Origin: Ginglymostoma cirratum | Taxonomy: Eukaryota | Length of the DNA stretch: 64,000 nt | Direction: 5' to 3' | Assembly (NCBI GenBank): GCA_024137785.1 | Contig: JAHRHZ010000116.1 | Coordinates: forward strand, 124,001 to 188,000 | In this document: piece after piece, positions 23,842-35,985 of the stretch | Position numbering within the stretch: the first letter of the stretch is position 1 | Layout of the letters: every line of letters begins with the position of its first letter | Made by a program: the position numbers and the translations under genes | Notes under the pieces: generated by a model | Seen by the model: the letters and a program-made list of their open reading frames with translations, nothing else | Told to the model about the DNA's origin: nothing | The model's database searches: none

Positions 23842-24625
23842 TGAGATGGTATTGGGATAACATCCCATTGATTTTTATCTTCTCTGCAAATTAATTATCT
23901 ATATCTGCTTACACAAAGGTATGCAGACACTGCCTTAAAACATCCGGCCGGACTAGAATTAGGTGTAAAACTTTGTAAATCCTTGTCTTCCTACACATAG
24001 GTAGAAAGACACTGTCTTAAGCCTCCTGCCTGAATAGAATTAGGTATAAATTTTGTAAATCTTTTTCTTCCTGCACAAGGGTATGTGGAAACTGTCTCAA
24101 ATAAGATTAGTTGGACAGCGTTGGTCAAGGTGTGAGACTTCTGAAATCCTGTAAAGAATATAACTTCTGTTTCTTCTAAAGGGGCCAGGGCACTGATTTT
24201 TTTCAAGACAGACACGTCGGCGACTTGCAATTACATTCTGTCACTTCAGCAGCTTGAAATCGCCTCCTGCCGTTAGCAGACACTTCGCAAACGATCAATA
24301 CTGTATCCTGCTCTCTTTATGTTTTAGATGTAGTAATTGTTTGTGTATCATGTCATTGCCCGATGTTGTGATTGTTTCATGTAACATGCCATTATGAGAT
24401 GTAAAATTGCTTTATGTATTATGCATTCGATAAGGTATAAAATGCGGGGAGTGTCCGCTGCTCCGGGAGAATCACTTACGAGACTCTGCACTCTGTGCCG
24501 GGTTGAGTACAGTGATCCTCCACAGCTTGTACTTGCTTTGCAACAAAAGATTTGTGTTTTTCCGAACAGGTTAGTGTCTTGTTATTGCATCAGGTCCGTG
24601 AGGGTCTCCAGAAACGAACCTAACA
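23842..24625 (+). repeat. ERV 3' LTR (~784 bp)
   Basis: Starts TGAGATGG directly after the PPT, ends ...CCTAACA; TATA-like 'tataaaa' at ~24436. Confidence 0.9.
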
Positions 24626-26102
24626 GGTCATGTTGTCTGGCATACACAGAAGACACCACGGGACGTGAAACCAAAGGGATTTTCCACACCAACGACGAAG
24701 AGGGCAGCACTATGATTTCTGGGATAGACCGGACTCTTTTGTAAGGTCGTCCCTAATTTTAGCAATGTGGTGGCTCTACTGACTGATCTGCTGCGGAATT
24801 TCAGAAAACTTGAATGGACAGCAGAATGTCAGAAAGTATTTGATAGCCTAAAAAGCTGTGTTAATCAGAGCCTCAGTGTTAACCTCACCTAATTGTGTCA
24901 AGGCATTCAAAGTGGCTATCAACGCGAGTGATGTGACTGCCAGTGCTTTACAATTGCAAGAAAACGACCAGAAGATGTAAAGGCCCTTTCGGTATTTTTC
25001 CAGAAGAATGAATACTTATCAACAGAAATATTGCACGATTAAGAAGGAATCTTTAAAGTTGTTGTTGGAATTACAACTTTTCAACATTTATGTTGCAAAC
25101 AATGTATCTGAGACAATTGTGTTTACTGCTCATAGCCAAATAATTTTTTTTTGACAAATTTAAGAACAATAATTCCAGCCTGATTAGATGAAGCTTATTG
25201 TTGTAGCCATTCAATCTGAAAATTGTGCTTGTGGCAGGATGAGAAAAAGTAAATGCTGACGTGTTGTCGCGACTTTGATAAAGAAAGATGGAGGTGTTTG
25301 GTTGCAGTACTAAATGGACTGAAATATTATGTTGTCATGACTGATTGCATGGTTCAGGTCAATATAATGTATCTGTATTGTGATGTATTAATATTGGAAG
25401 ACTAAGGGTTTTAAAATGAAGACATCCTTGTATAATATGGTTAACTACTTTAATGTATGAGGTGTAGCGATGCTGTCGCTTAACAAAAGATATTTTGTTC
25501 TTATTTTAAAGAGAATTTGTAAAAATAGATGTGCTGAACTTGCTGTGAAGAAGTCTTCGGTAAATAATTTAGGAGGACATTTTTAAATGTTGGAACAATG
25601 CAAAAAGTTTGAATGAAAGTAATCAGCCCTCACAGACTTGGTTTTCTAACTTTTTTTGCACTCGTCAGAAGCTGCTTGGAGTCTCGGAAGAGTTGCAAGC
25701 TTCTGTTAATTGTTGCAGAGCTGGTACAATTTCTGAAATCTCTCAATGCTGTTTTTTGTCCCTCCTCGATTGGAGAATTGAGTGTACGAATCTCTGTCTG
25801 AATTTGTCTTTTTGCCAAGGGATGTGTTTATGAGATTTTACTATATTGAAACAGCTAATTGGTAATGGGTACGATATCTATAATTCGTTTATGTTTTCCG
25901 ATAGTTGTTATTCTAAATTACTCTTACGTTTTTTTTTAACGATACTGTTTCAACAAATCGTGTTTTTCTTAACTTCGAGTAGTTTGACAAGTCGCATCAC
26001 ATCTGGAACACTTACATTACATCTACATTTAAAATAAGAAAACTTAAGGGTCTGGACTAACCTCTTAACACGTTTTGAGGGATTATGGTCTGAACCATTG
26101 CA
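24626..26102 (+). mobile_element. Gmr1-like element, 3' part: RT thumb, RNase H and probable 3' LTR (~25463-26102)
   Basis: Resumes GHVV after the ERV; LTDLLR, AFKVAINASD, YFSRR and NADVLSR (25252-72); a decayed purine tract precedes TG at 25463. Confidence 0.8.
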
Positions 26103-26336
26103 ATGGAACAGAAGCGACTTGACTTGACAATAAGTACCGTTGTTCTGAAACGAGATATGTAATGGGCAGTGAGCTAACATTGTCCCTTGAACTTTTCCAG
26201 TGCAACTTTTAAATTGCGAAAATAAACCGGCCAGTAAGTGAAATGTTACAAGACAACGAGCAGCAGATATTCCTTATGAAAAGCATTTTTGGCAAACTGT
26301 AAATACTTTCACGTCGCATCGTTTTCTGCTTCTGTC

Positions 26337-26620
26337 CATGTGCCACCTCCAGTTACCTCTGACCGTCCAGCTGCCATTTCAATGAGCTGCTTTATACAAA
26401 AGCAAATATATTGTTAAGCCAATCTTCATCGGTGAAGCCAGGATAGCGGATGTAAGACACAAGTTATTGAGAAGAGATAGGTTTGTACACGACTGCGTAA
26501 AAATATATAGATCTTACCTTCCTGACTGTCCCACATAATGGTTCTAGGAATGTGCATAGTGCCAGTTATCCCCAGTGACACCCTCTATCCAGTCTTCTGC
26601 ATGGTGTTAATCTTTGAAAC
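26337..26620 (-). pseudogene. Possible highly decayed V relic
   Basis: Minus-strand fragments in V-domain order across frameshifts: TMQKTG*RVSL, TIMW(D)SQ, RYPGFTD, NNIFAF, IKQL; heptamer-like CACATGG. No conserved Cys is recoverable. Confidence 0.3.
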
Positions 26621-28479
26621 GTCAAATATTACCGCCATAGGATTCATTGTAAAGAAAGTAGAGCTGTGATTCTCTAATGTTATTCAGCAGCTGCAATGTA
26701 AGAATGCACAGAAGGTTGATGCCACTGGGGCCTACTTTAAAGGACTGAGCTGTAGAGAAGGAGCGGCAGCAATACAAATATCTTTGAAATTGTCTCATTT
26801 CAGATGCCAGTCTAGAAATGGCCAGAAACATTTGGCTAGGGGTTTATAAACGAATAAACAATGACGCAAAGGATGAATTGCATATTACTGGAACGGTTCA
26901 TAAAACAGCAGAGTGGCTTTGAATAAAACAATTTTGGAATTGAGAAGCATATGATGATGGTAGCTCTATCAGAACAAAAAGCGACACTGAATCAAGCGCC
27001 TGAGCATAAATGTCAATAGAAATTGAAGAGAAACTGATCATGTCTGGCAGTGTGTATGGCCTGAAGGCAGAATTAACATTACAAGTTTCAAAACGTTAAA
27101 TCTGATTTCTTCCAACAGATGCAGCCATACGTGCTGAACCTCTCTGGAACATTGTGTTTGATTGCTTGTTTGTTTGTTTCAGATTGCAAGCATGCAGAGT
27201 TCTTTGCTTGATATTATTTGGGTACGAAAGTAGTTTGCATTACAGTGAAAATCACTGGTTTTAAACATGGAGGCCAGGGGAGTGAATCAATGGCGCTGAT
27301 TCCCTTTGCTAGTTTTTCATCTTGCCCATGTTACCTTTCCCGCTCATGTCCATGTCACCACAAAGCTGTAGGAAGTGAGTCAAAGGATGATCTCGTTAAT
27401 TCTCCTAGAAGTTCAATGGATAATGTCCTAACTATGGGTAAAAAACTAGTTGGCTCGCTGCCCGTCTGGCTCGGCTGCTCTTTCTAAACCATATATATAT
27501 GGCCATCCGGAACAAGCAGCTGACTATTTTCAACACAATTTACAGCTCTTGGTCTATAACCTTAAATATCTTGACATTGCAGCTACACGCGTCAGCACTC
27601 CTAAAACGTCAGAAGATTTTCTTTCAAACCACCCAATAAGCAATGACCTTCAGATACCCACCACCCTCTGAGTGAAAATAATAACCAACTTATATCTCCT
27701 CCCACTTCCATAAAAGTATGATTCATGCTGATTGAAGTGTGCACCGAAAGAAGCTATCATTCTTGTCGATCTTCCCAAAACTACAAAACCTGGAAATGTA
27801 GGCAGCGGGACAACAAAATTTGCAGGCTAAAGCCAAAGTATAGCAAGTCTATATCCTTAGTTATTCGACCATGACAACATGGCCTCACGCATTTTAGGCA
27901 GACAATTTGGTTTCTTTGGCCAAGGAGTCGATCTTAGAATCTGAATATTCTAATATGGATCCTGAGTCAAATTAATCCATGTTGCAATTTGTTTGCATTA
28001 GTCTGTCTTTTGAGACTTACAGTATTCCTGCATGTAAGTGAAAAAAAAGAAAACAGATCTCACTGGAAACAAAATATCAATTGATTTAAAGTCCCAAATG
28101 CCCTGGAGTTGGAGCAAGGCAACTTTTGGAAATAATGATCTATCCTCAACAGCCTTCTGTGGCACTGAAAACATAGATTTGCATTCCTCAGATAGAAGAA
28201 TTTTATCTTCATCTGTATCTTAAATATGCAGCCATTCTTTTGAGATAATGCTCCCTTTGTCAGACCCTCCTAAAAGGGGCAATGACTATCCTGCCTTATC
28301 ATGTCCCCTATGTTTCAATAGCTAGCTGGTTGTATGCAGTCCAGTAGCCGAGCAATCTCAGGCGGCAGATTTAGCCTACACCCGGCCTTCCACTCACGAG
28401 GACAAACCCTCGTATGAAGTGGTAGACTTATCAGAAGAGGCCTATCAGTTGGAGACTCTACCCACTGTAGATTAGAAGA

Positions 28480-28740
28480 ATAAATTGAAACATTGAACAT
28501 TTTAAGGTACTGGACAAGTTAAATACTGAAAGAACGTTTCCCATCTTGAGAGGGCATAGTCTCAGCACTACGGGAAGCCAGGCAGGCAGAGATAGATTTT
28601 GAATCATTCAGGAAATCAGGGGTTAAAGACAGAAGGCAGGTAAGTAGATGTAAGGAATGTCAGATCAATCATGGTCGTATTAATTAATGAAGAATTCATG
28701 TGGGGTCGAACGGACCACTCCTGTTATTATTCGTTGTCAA
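28480..28740 (+). mobile_element. CR1 3' end fragment
   Basis: Similar to the CR1 3' ends at 10850-11220 and 43500-43880. Confidence 0.55.
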
Positions 28741-29339
28741 ATAATTGTAGGATCACAGGATCGTTGCAGTGTTGATGCAGAGCATTTGGGGAGCATCCCA
28801 TTCAAACACACTCTCCTACACTAATCGTGTAACCCTCCATTTCCTATGGCTGTCCCAACTACCGTACACATCTCTACATAGTGTGGTCAATTTAACATGG
28901 CCAATCGACCTATCCTGCACAACGTTGGATTGTGGCAGCAAAACGAAACACACTGTTCTTCTGCCTCAGTCGGCCGTTCCCTTCTCTGTGTTGCAAAAAG
29001 ATTTTGATCTGAGGAAGGGTTAATGATCTTTAAGTGCCTAGTCTTGTTTTCCCTCCATATAAACTTACAGAGATGCTGATCTTCTCCAGAAATTTTGTGC
29101 GTTTTATGACCAAAACGTATTTCAGCTTATACTGCCTCGCCTTGTTCTTCCCCCTAAACCAGAACACGTTCTCAGAAGAGTCAGTGTACCCGAAATATAA
29201 ACTCTGATTTTGTACTTCACAGATGCTGCCAGGCCTGCTGAACTTTTCCAGAATTTTTTTTTGTCCTTAGCATGATATAATCATCTACTCTGAGAAGGCA
29301 CAAGGTTATCTAGTTTCAGTTAATAGAAATGCTCCAAGT

Positions 29340-29605
29340 TGGAATCATAGAATTCATGCAAGTGTGGAAGCAGTCCATTTAGATAGACGAGGACACTCTG
29401 ACCCTCCAAAGAATATTCCACCCAGACCCAATCCTTACTTGATTTGTGCAGCCCAAACTAGCATACTCAAGATTGGAGAATGAACAGACAACTTTGCAGG
29501 TAGAGATGCAATGTGCAAACTCTACGCAGACAGTCACCTGCGTTTGGAATTCAACACAGATCCCTGGAATTGTGTGGCAGCAGCGCCAATAACTGAGGCA
29601 CAGTG
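29340..29605 (-). mobile_element. HE1-like V-SINE (degenerate); related copy at ~28760-28950 (-)
   Basis: Reverse complement gives a tRNA-like head and 'gtgactgtctgcgtagagtttgcacatt' V-SINE core. Confidence 0.6.
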
Positions 29606-29944
29606 CACTCCAGTTCATGACGTTAGGAGCAGATGGTGTAGTTTTACAGACAATCATACCTGCGATTGCATCTATTACAAATAACATCTTTCACAGAACA
29701 TGTGGTTGTTTGGCTAAACCAAAATTTATTGGCAACACTAGCTGCTCTGGAGATGGTTTTGGAGAGGTGCCTTTGTGACCGAGGTTGATTTCGGAGGGTT
29801 GAGTCACCCGGAGTGCTGTAGGGAAGGGGATTCCAGAATAATGACCAGGTGACACTGAACGAATGGCGATTTAGTTACAAGTCAGGGTAGTGATTGACAT
29901 GGATGGGAACTTTTGATGGAGTGACCCATAAATTCTTCGTATTG

Positions 29945-30965
29945 TGACAGTGGCGTCTGACGTTAGTAAACAAACAATTTTTAGAAAATCAACACTCCTA
30001 GGAAATAAAACCAAGTTTCGAGGCCCCATTCGAGTGTTTATATGAAAAATGTTGTTTTACTTCTACTTAATGTCCTTCTTTCTGCCTAAGCAGAATACAT
30101 TTTTGCAGAGCGGGATAGCCGGACTGTTAGACTTAAACCAAGCTCCAGCCTGCTATTGTGGGAATAGAGGCTCCCTTCTAATAATTACACCGGAAACACT
30201 CACTGAAGCTCGCCTTTCCAAACATAACCTGTTTAAAGTTTGTTAAAAAGAAAGAAAATACCTGATCTCCACTTCACAAATAATGAGAAACAATTTACTT
30301 GTTTAACCCGAACAATGAGCAAATAAACAGAATTATTAACAAGCCGGGAAATACCACCCCTCCCCCCGCCCCCCAGACTAATAATTACTTCCTGACACGT
30401 CTAATTTCTACTAGAATGGTGTTCAAATAAGCACAATTCCCACTTGTACTAAACCAGTTAATAAAAAACCTTAATCATTCCAAATTCGCACAATCTGTGT
30501 CTTCTCCACTTTATCTACAACCTTTCTTCTGTTGATTTCATACAGTAATGCCTTTCTTACATTGATTCAGCTGTCTGGATGTATTTATCTTTAATTTCTT
30601 CAGTGAGGACTTTGAGCTAAAACGCCTGATGGGGCTTTTCAGAGAGCTCAATAATTTTATGTGAAAACAATATTTGTATACCAGATGGCGAACTTGCTTT
30701 CGCTGCAGATGAAGTTTGGCTCTCCCCTCAGATGGCAGTCAGCTCTCTCCCCATTTTTTTCATATGTTTTGAAATTCAATTGTCATTGAATCGTTGTCTG
30801 ATTGATTTCATTTTCTTGGCCAAATTCAATCTTGTTGCCTTGGTTAAAATATCACTTGGTTGTTTGATGCAAACTGTTTGATTTCGGGCACCCGCTGTGC
30901 ACAGTCCTTGTTAACTACCATGCACAAACAAAGTAAAATACCTTAAAGGGACGAGGTGCTCTTTT
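29945..30965. repeat. Unclassified interspersed repeat (possible solo LTR); related copy at ~38600-39245
   Basis: Shared motifs in the same order: gatggcagtcagctctctc/ggtggcagacctctctctc, tcaatcttgttgcc/tcaacctcgttgtc, cttaaagggac/cttaaaggaac. Confidence 0.35.
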
Positions 30966-31064
30966 TTTCCCACACTATAATTTATTGCTAACCATTCTAA
31001 CTTCATGCCTTCCGTTCCTGAATATTCTACTAAAGTTAGGAATAATATGGATGATGTATAATCT

Positions 31065-31420
31065 TCAGATGTGGGCGAGAGAATAGAGTGCAGCAAAGCA
31101 AATTTTCATCACTTAATATTAATTTGATCGCCATCCCCGGAAGCAGAGCGGAGTGAAAGGATTTAGGCAACCCAGAACAAGTTCCTGATAGCAATTGCTC
31201 AACATCAACAGAGTATGAAGAACAGGCCAAACTGCTATCGTGCAGATGAGAAATGGATGTGAGGCAGAACAATACACAAACGTTTATCAACTGTCTGTCA
31301 TCCTATTATCATCAATCCCTGACGTCTTTACAGACAGTTTCTTCAGAATTCAGATCCGAGGACCGTTCATATTCGCACTTTGATATCACCTCCCGTCTTC
31401 TATACGTTCCATTTGTCTGT
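31065..31420 (-). pseudogene. Possible highly decayed V relic
   Basis: Minus-strand fragments EVISKCEYE ... SGLPKSFHSA ... KLILSDENLL/AALYSLA; no clear RSS. Confidence 0.25.
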
Positions 31421-31745
31421 CGTATTCAAAGATAAATATGTGAAGTCACACATTGAATAAATGGACAACTTCAAATGATTATAAAATACACTATTATTCA
31501 TAACATTTGTAAGTGTATATGTTAAAATGCTTTGACTTGAAAAAATACAGAAAGCGCAATGAAATTCAACTTGGCTCTCTAAAAAACTTTCTACTCTTAG
31601 TAAGCTCATTATAATTGCAATCGTCTGATGTTTATTGATGAATGACAGACATTTGACTCCACTGCTTAAGAAACAAGGTTGACCTCACTACCTGTGATTG
31701 AGTCAAAACAGGGAAGATTTGGAGCTGGCTCCCGTCTCTGTGAGT

Positions 31746-31800
31746 GTCTCTCTCTCTCTCTCTCTCCCTCACTCTCCCTCTCTCTCCCTCTCTCTCTCAC
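31746..31800. repeat. (TC)n microsatellite, imperfect
   Basis: Direct reading. Confidence 0.9.
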
Positions 31801-32334
31801 TTTCTGTTTGTGTGTGCGTTATGGGCGTGTTACAGACAACTGCTCACATGTATGTGCACATGGGCATGAGAGACTTTGATTGAATTCGCGACATAGTCTG
31901 CAGCTATTGTTTCTGGGAAGGCATTTTGTAATATTCCTGAAGCAGTATGCGAAGAAGGAGCAAAGAATTACGTGAAGAATGTGTCCCCAACTCCCCAACA
32001 CATCTCCCTCTATTTACCAGCGGTAACACAATTGCAGTTTAAATGAAATTTCCGTGCTTGTGAGTGGAAGGAACTGAGTGTAGAGATGAGAAGGGAAGAC
32101 ATTGGTTTTGTTCGTTGTAAATCGAATCAGAAATAGAACTGCACATGCAAATTTGTGAGGTTTACTCTTACCATATTTACAACTTACAGAGTGAAATAAA
32201 TCTGCACTGGTAGCACAACTCTTGTCACTGAGATCTTTCCTTGTTACTTTAATAAATTGGTCTGTGATTCTCTCTCTGGAGGTGATTGTTTCTCTTCCTC
32301 GGTGTGAGGCTGCCCTCTGGTGTGCTCTACAAGG

Positions 32335-32440
32335 CTAGAAAATTTTCTGAAGGAGGGTCAGACCCGAAACGTCAGCTTTCCTGCTCCTGTGATGCTGCTT
32401 CACCTGCTGTGTTCGTCCAGCTCTACACCTTGATATCTCT
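32335..32440 (+). mobile_element. Short Penelope-related element with hammerhead motif
   Basis: CTGAAGG-AGGGTC-A-GACCC-GAAAC-GTC-AGCTTTC at 32347-32380 (GUC cleavage triplet). Confidence 0.7.
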
Positions 32441-32744
32441 TACTTCACTTTTATCGGTTTTCCTAAAATCCTTCATTCTTATCTCTTTTTTTTTCTGAGG
32501 TTTTGTAATCTTAATATTGTCATGTTATTGCCACTTTGTCACTTTATTGCATTAAAACGTTTTTCTTTTCCCTTTTCTCAGCTCTGTCATTTATTGCATT
32601 TTCCAAAATGTCATTAACTGCACAGCATCGCGTAATTTCAGGTCTTCTCTGCTTTCCTACTTATATGGTTTGCATTAACAAAAGTACCAACGCAATTCAG
32701 CTAAACGTTTTCCCTTTAGTGTAAATCCCACATTTTCCAGCTCT

Positions 32745-33005
32745 GATTATGGTCATTGTCTCCTGGATCACAGTGCCAGACCCAGATTTGATTCCAGCCT
32801 TGGACAAATGTCTGTGTGGAATTTGTACTTTCTCACTGTGACTGCATGTGTTGCTTTCCACAGTCCACACTGTGTAGGTTAGGTGCTTTGACCATGGTAT
32901 GTTGTCTGTAGTATCCAGGGATGCGCATACTCGGTCCTCTATGGACGATAATGCAGGATTCGTTCGGCTGAATCACCACTGTTTGAACTTTAGGGGTTCT
33001 ATGAT
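32745..33005 (+). mobile_element. HE1-like V-SINE (degenerate)
   Basis: 'cacagtgccagacccagatttgattcc..gtctgtgtggaatttgtactttctc..ccacagtcca..gtaggttaggtg'. Confidence 0.65.
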
Positions 33006-33801
33006 TCGCCCACAGCCATATTTCAGCACTACACTCATCTCTGTAACTTCATGCTTCCTATTCCAAGTGTTTTAGGAATAAATTAAAGATTCACTATAAT
33101 CTTTGACATTGTGCATCAAAACGCAATGCCTCGTACCTCGTATAAATTGAGCAGAAACTGTTTATTTTGCTTGCCTGTGCCGTGTGAATATTGATGGCCC
33201 ACGGTGATGGTTTCCTCTCTCTCCTGATCATTTCTGTCCAACTATAACTTCATCTCCCGTAGTAAATGTCTGAAATCTAGTATCCGTCAGGCACATGTAA
33301 AATTCTTAGGGGGATCAAAAATTTCGATTCTGAGCACATGTCTATCCTCTTTGATGAACCTGGAACACGGATGTGACGCTCATATCGAAGATTACGAAGG
33401 CCTCATTCAAAAATGATTTTTTTGTTGAGGGGGGAAATATTCCCTTCAAGATTCGTTACATTTGGAATTCTGTTCCCTAAACATGGAACCTTAAAATTTA
33501 AATAGATGGCTATTTAAAGTGAGAACAAGACTGAGTTTCTGAAAATGTGAGATCGAGGTGGTGATGAATGCATGCGAACAGCTGGAGAATAGAAAGCCAA
33601 GCGTATTTAATCTTTAACAAACAGTGATTGACCAGCTGTTGACATCAGATCTGAGAAACCAACCAATTGTATCTGGGAATAATTCTGCTGAGTTTGTCAG
33701 TAAGCAAAGCTTACGTCTAGTCTGAGCTCAACTGATTATGTAAGATTGTAAGAGAAATCATAATTCACACGGCGCATTATTTACTGTCCAGCTAATTTAT
33801 T

Positions 33802-34260
33802 ATGTATTTACTGTGTACTTTATTGATAATCATGCCCATGCTGCTTGGTGAGTCTGAGCTGAAACACTTATCAAGGGTTTCACTACCTTTTTTTTGTCAT
33901 GCACCTATGTATTTGATACATTGTAACTGTTGTTACAGGAATGAGGGGCTAAAATTCAGTTTCACAAGATCTGCTTCACGAGCAAGTTCAGGGAGGACAG
34001 ACCATAAAACTGAATTATAGCTACAACACAAAATATGGTGCAGCAACTGTGTTCTGGTACATCCAGAACCCCGAGCAAACTGACAATTTTTCTGAGGAGA
34101 TTCGACAAGGAAAAGGAGTCAAGTCTTCAAAGTTTTCTGATCGTTTTTCCACTAATTTCTGCGAAGAAAAGAAAACATTTGCATTAAGCATCACTACTGT
34201 ATATTACTGCACACTGCTGCCCACACTGCTACAGAAATACAGTCAGCCCTATAAAAGGAG
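33802..34260 (+). pseudogene. TCR alpha/delta-type V pseudogene (V-34k)
   Basis: Leader 33802-33847 MYLLCTLLIIMPMLL|GTGAGT; acceptor 33937-8. Exon GMRG*NSVSQDLLHEQVQGGQTIKLNYSYNTKYGAATVFWYIQNP...FSDRFSTNFCEEKKTFALSITTVYYCTLL. TAA at 33950-2, first Cys changed to Tyr, in-frame FR3 deletion. Heptamer CACACTG 34222-8; degenerate nonamer. Confidence 0.93.
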
Positions 34261-35667
34261 ACGCTTGGCATCACTACCTCAGGAATAAGATCTGTGATCT
34301 CTGTTGTGAATTGTTAATATAGTCAGAATTAAGAAACATCAGCTTTTTCCAAAAGCGTTATTTTTGCATACCGTGCAAAATCTTTCACTATAGTGGCTGT
34401 GTGCAATGTCCAATGTACGATTAGTTTCACGGCACACTCTAGCATCGAAAGTGGAACAAAATTCATTGTTAACCATCCCTGCGGCTGGCTCAATTCAAGG
34501 ACTGATCGTTGAAAGAAACAGTGTTCTACTTAATGCCCAACCGTTATTTATTGCATCCCAGAGAGCAGCCAGGATTCAATTTATTTCATACCGATGTCGA
34601 AAGATCTGAATGGGAAAAAGATATTATGCAAGAGGGTGAATCCATCGTGTTTCAAAATGTATCTACTGAATGATAGAGCAGTTGTAAAAGATCAATTTTC
34701 ACCTGTATCTCTCATTCTGTGTCCCTGTGGCCAGCTATTGGACGTCATAGACTGCAGAGCAAAAGGACTGTAAGTTGATTGGGTACTATCAGGTATCTCT
34801 GCCAAACTCGGTAGTGAGTCTGGATATAATTCAATATCTTCCTAACTCTGGGTTGAAATAATTCAACTTCTGTTCCTTTTGTTTAAATCCCCCATCAGCT
34901 CTGAATTGAAACAATTATGCCTTAGTCCCATATGTAAAAGCCAACTTTTCAAATTGAAACTGCGTCCACTCTTACTAGTTACTTATTACTAACTGTTGCA
35001 GTTCTCTTAACTGGTAGGTTCTTGACTTCTAAAATGTCTGCGTGTATACGTTAAGGGAATTACTTTTCTTCCCTTTCATGTGTTTACATGTATTACAATA
35101 TATGCCTTTAGTTTAGTAATCTAATCAACCTTATAATGTCATTTTCTCCATAAATTTATTCAAAAATAGGTTATTAATCCATCAATCGTTCAACATTAGC
35201 TTTTGACTCCGTCTTGATAAGAATCTCGTTGCATCTGATAATAGCATAGATGCTTGGTATTAAAATGTGTAAATGCGTTTCACTTTAAGAGATTTGCAAT
35301 CATGTTATTACAGTTATTAGGACGTACACTCGGCAGGCTTCTGCGTCCACTATGCACTGATATTTCAATTCAAAACTAATTGTTCCCATGCAAGGAGATC
35401 GTTCTGAAATCGATGGATTGTAATACATCTCGCTCCAGGCCACATTAACCGTTTACTTTCTTCATGTAGGGAGTTCCCTGGGTTTCCCAAATAAACAACA
35501 ATCAATTTCATGCTCACACAGTCAGTATCAGTGTCAGAATCATTAATTGAGCGAACGATTTGAAGTATTGTACATATGGATTATGCTTTGGGTTTTCTCT
35601 CACACGAATGTACTGAAGTGTCAGTGACTGACCTGCTGTTATAAGTAGCGCTGAACAGGCAACAATC

Positions 35668-35985
35668 CGTTACTGTATGAGGCTTTCACTCGTTCTTATC
35701 ACTGTGAGATTCATTGCATAGTAATAGACTACGTTGTCAAACAGTAGCAGCTCCAAGATGCTCAATCTACTTAACTGGTCGATTGCATCAGAAGACCGGC
35801 TCCAAAAGAAATTAGTTTTCAGCTCAGAAGCATCTGTCTTGCATGTCTGGAATGAAAGCCTGAGCTATCTGTCTGGATTCTGATGGTAGCAGAATAAGGA
35901 ATGTGAATCTCCTGTGCAGGTTCAGTCTAAACTAGCATTTTCTTCCTCTGTGTGAGCGACATAACATACCCTGCATCGCTCAGAT
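35668..35985 (-). pseudogene. TCR V pseudogene (V-36k), inverted; same family as V-51k and V-62k
   Basis: Acceptor tttcag; EEENASLD*TCTGDSHSLFCYHQNPDR*...ELKTNFFWSRSSDA...LSILELLLFDNVVYYYAMN. RSS CACAGTG (35706-35700), 23 nt, ACAGTAACG (35676-35668). Possible leader relic near 37146-37190. Confidence 0.9.

Larger units (their letters stand above)
19250..24625 (+). mobile_element. Endogenous retrovirus, class I (gamma/epsilon-like), internally deleted provirus
   Basis: Two LTRs (19250-~19555 truncated; 23842-24625 TG...CA), PPT aaaaggagggaa 23830-41, 4-bp TSD GGTC (19246-49 and 24626-29), and gag, pol and env remnants. Confidence 0.95.

Noticed and set aside
26515-26750. Exon-like minus-strand stretch with a faint MHC class I alpha1 resemblance (DWIEGVTGDNW)
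   Set aside because: Three stops, no other MHC motifs or neighbouring exons; it overlaps the alternative V-relic reading.
27270-27530. Minus-strand IVSCLF..IYIWFRK and a weak RSS-like sequence
   Set aside because: The Cys-Trp spacing is too short, the motif overlaps an (AT)n run, and there is no FR3 motif.
34210-34228. Tandem CACACTG heptamers 12 bp apart in V-34k (possible V-replacement signal)
   Set aside because: The first overlaps the Cys-Thr-Leu codons, has no properly spaced nonamer, and is not present in family member V-42k.
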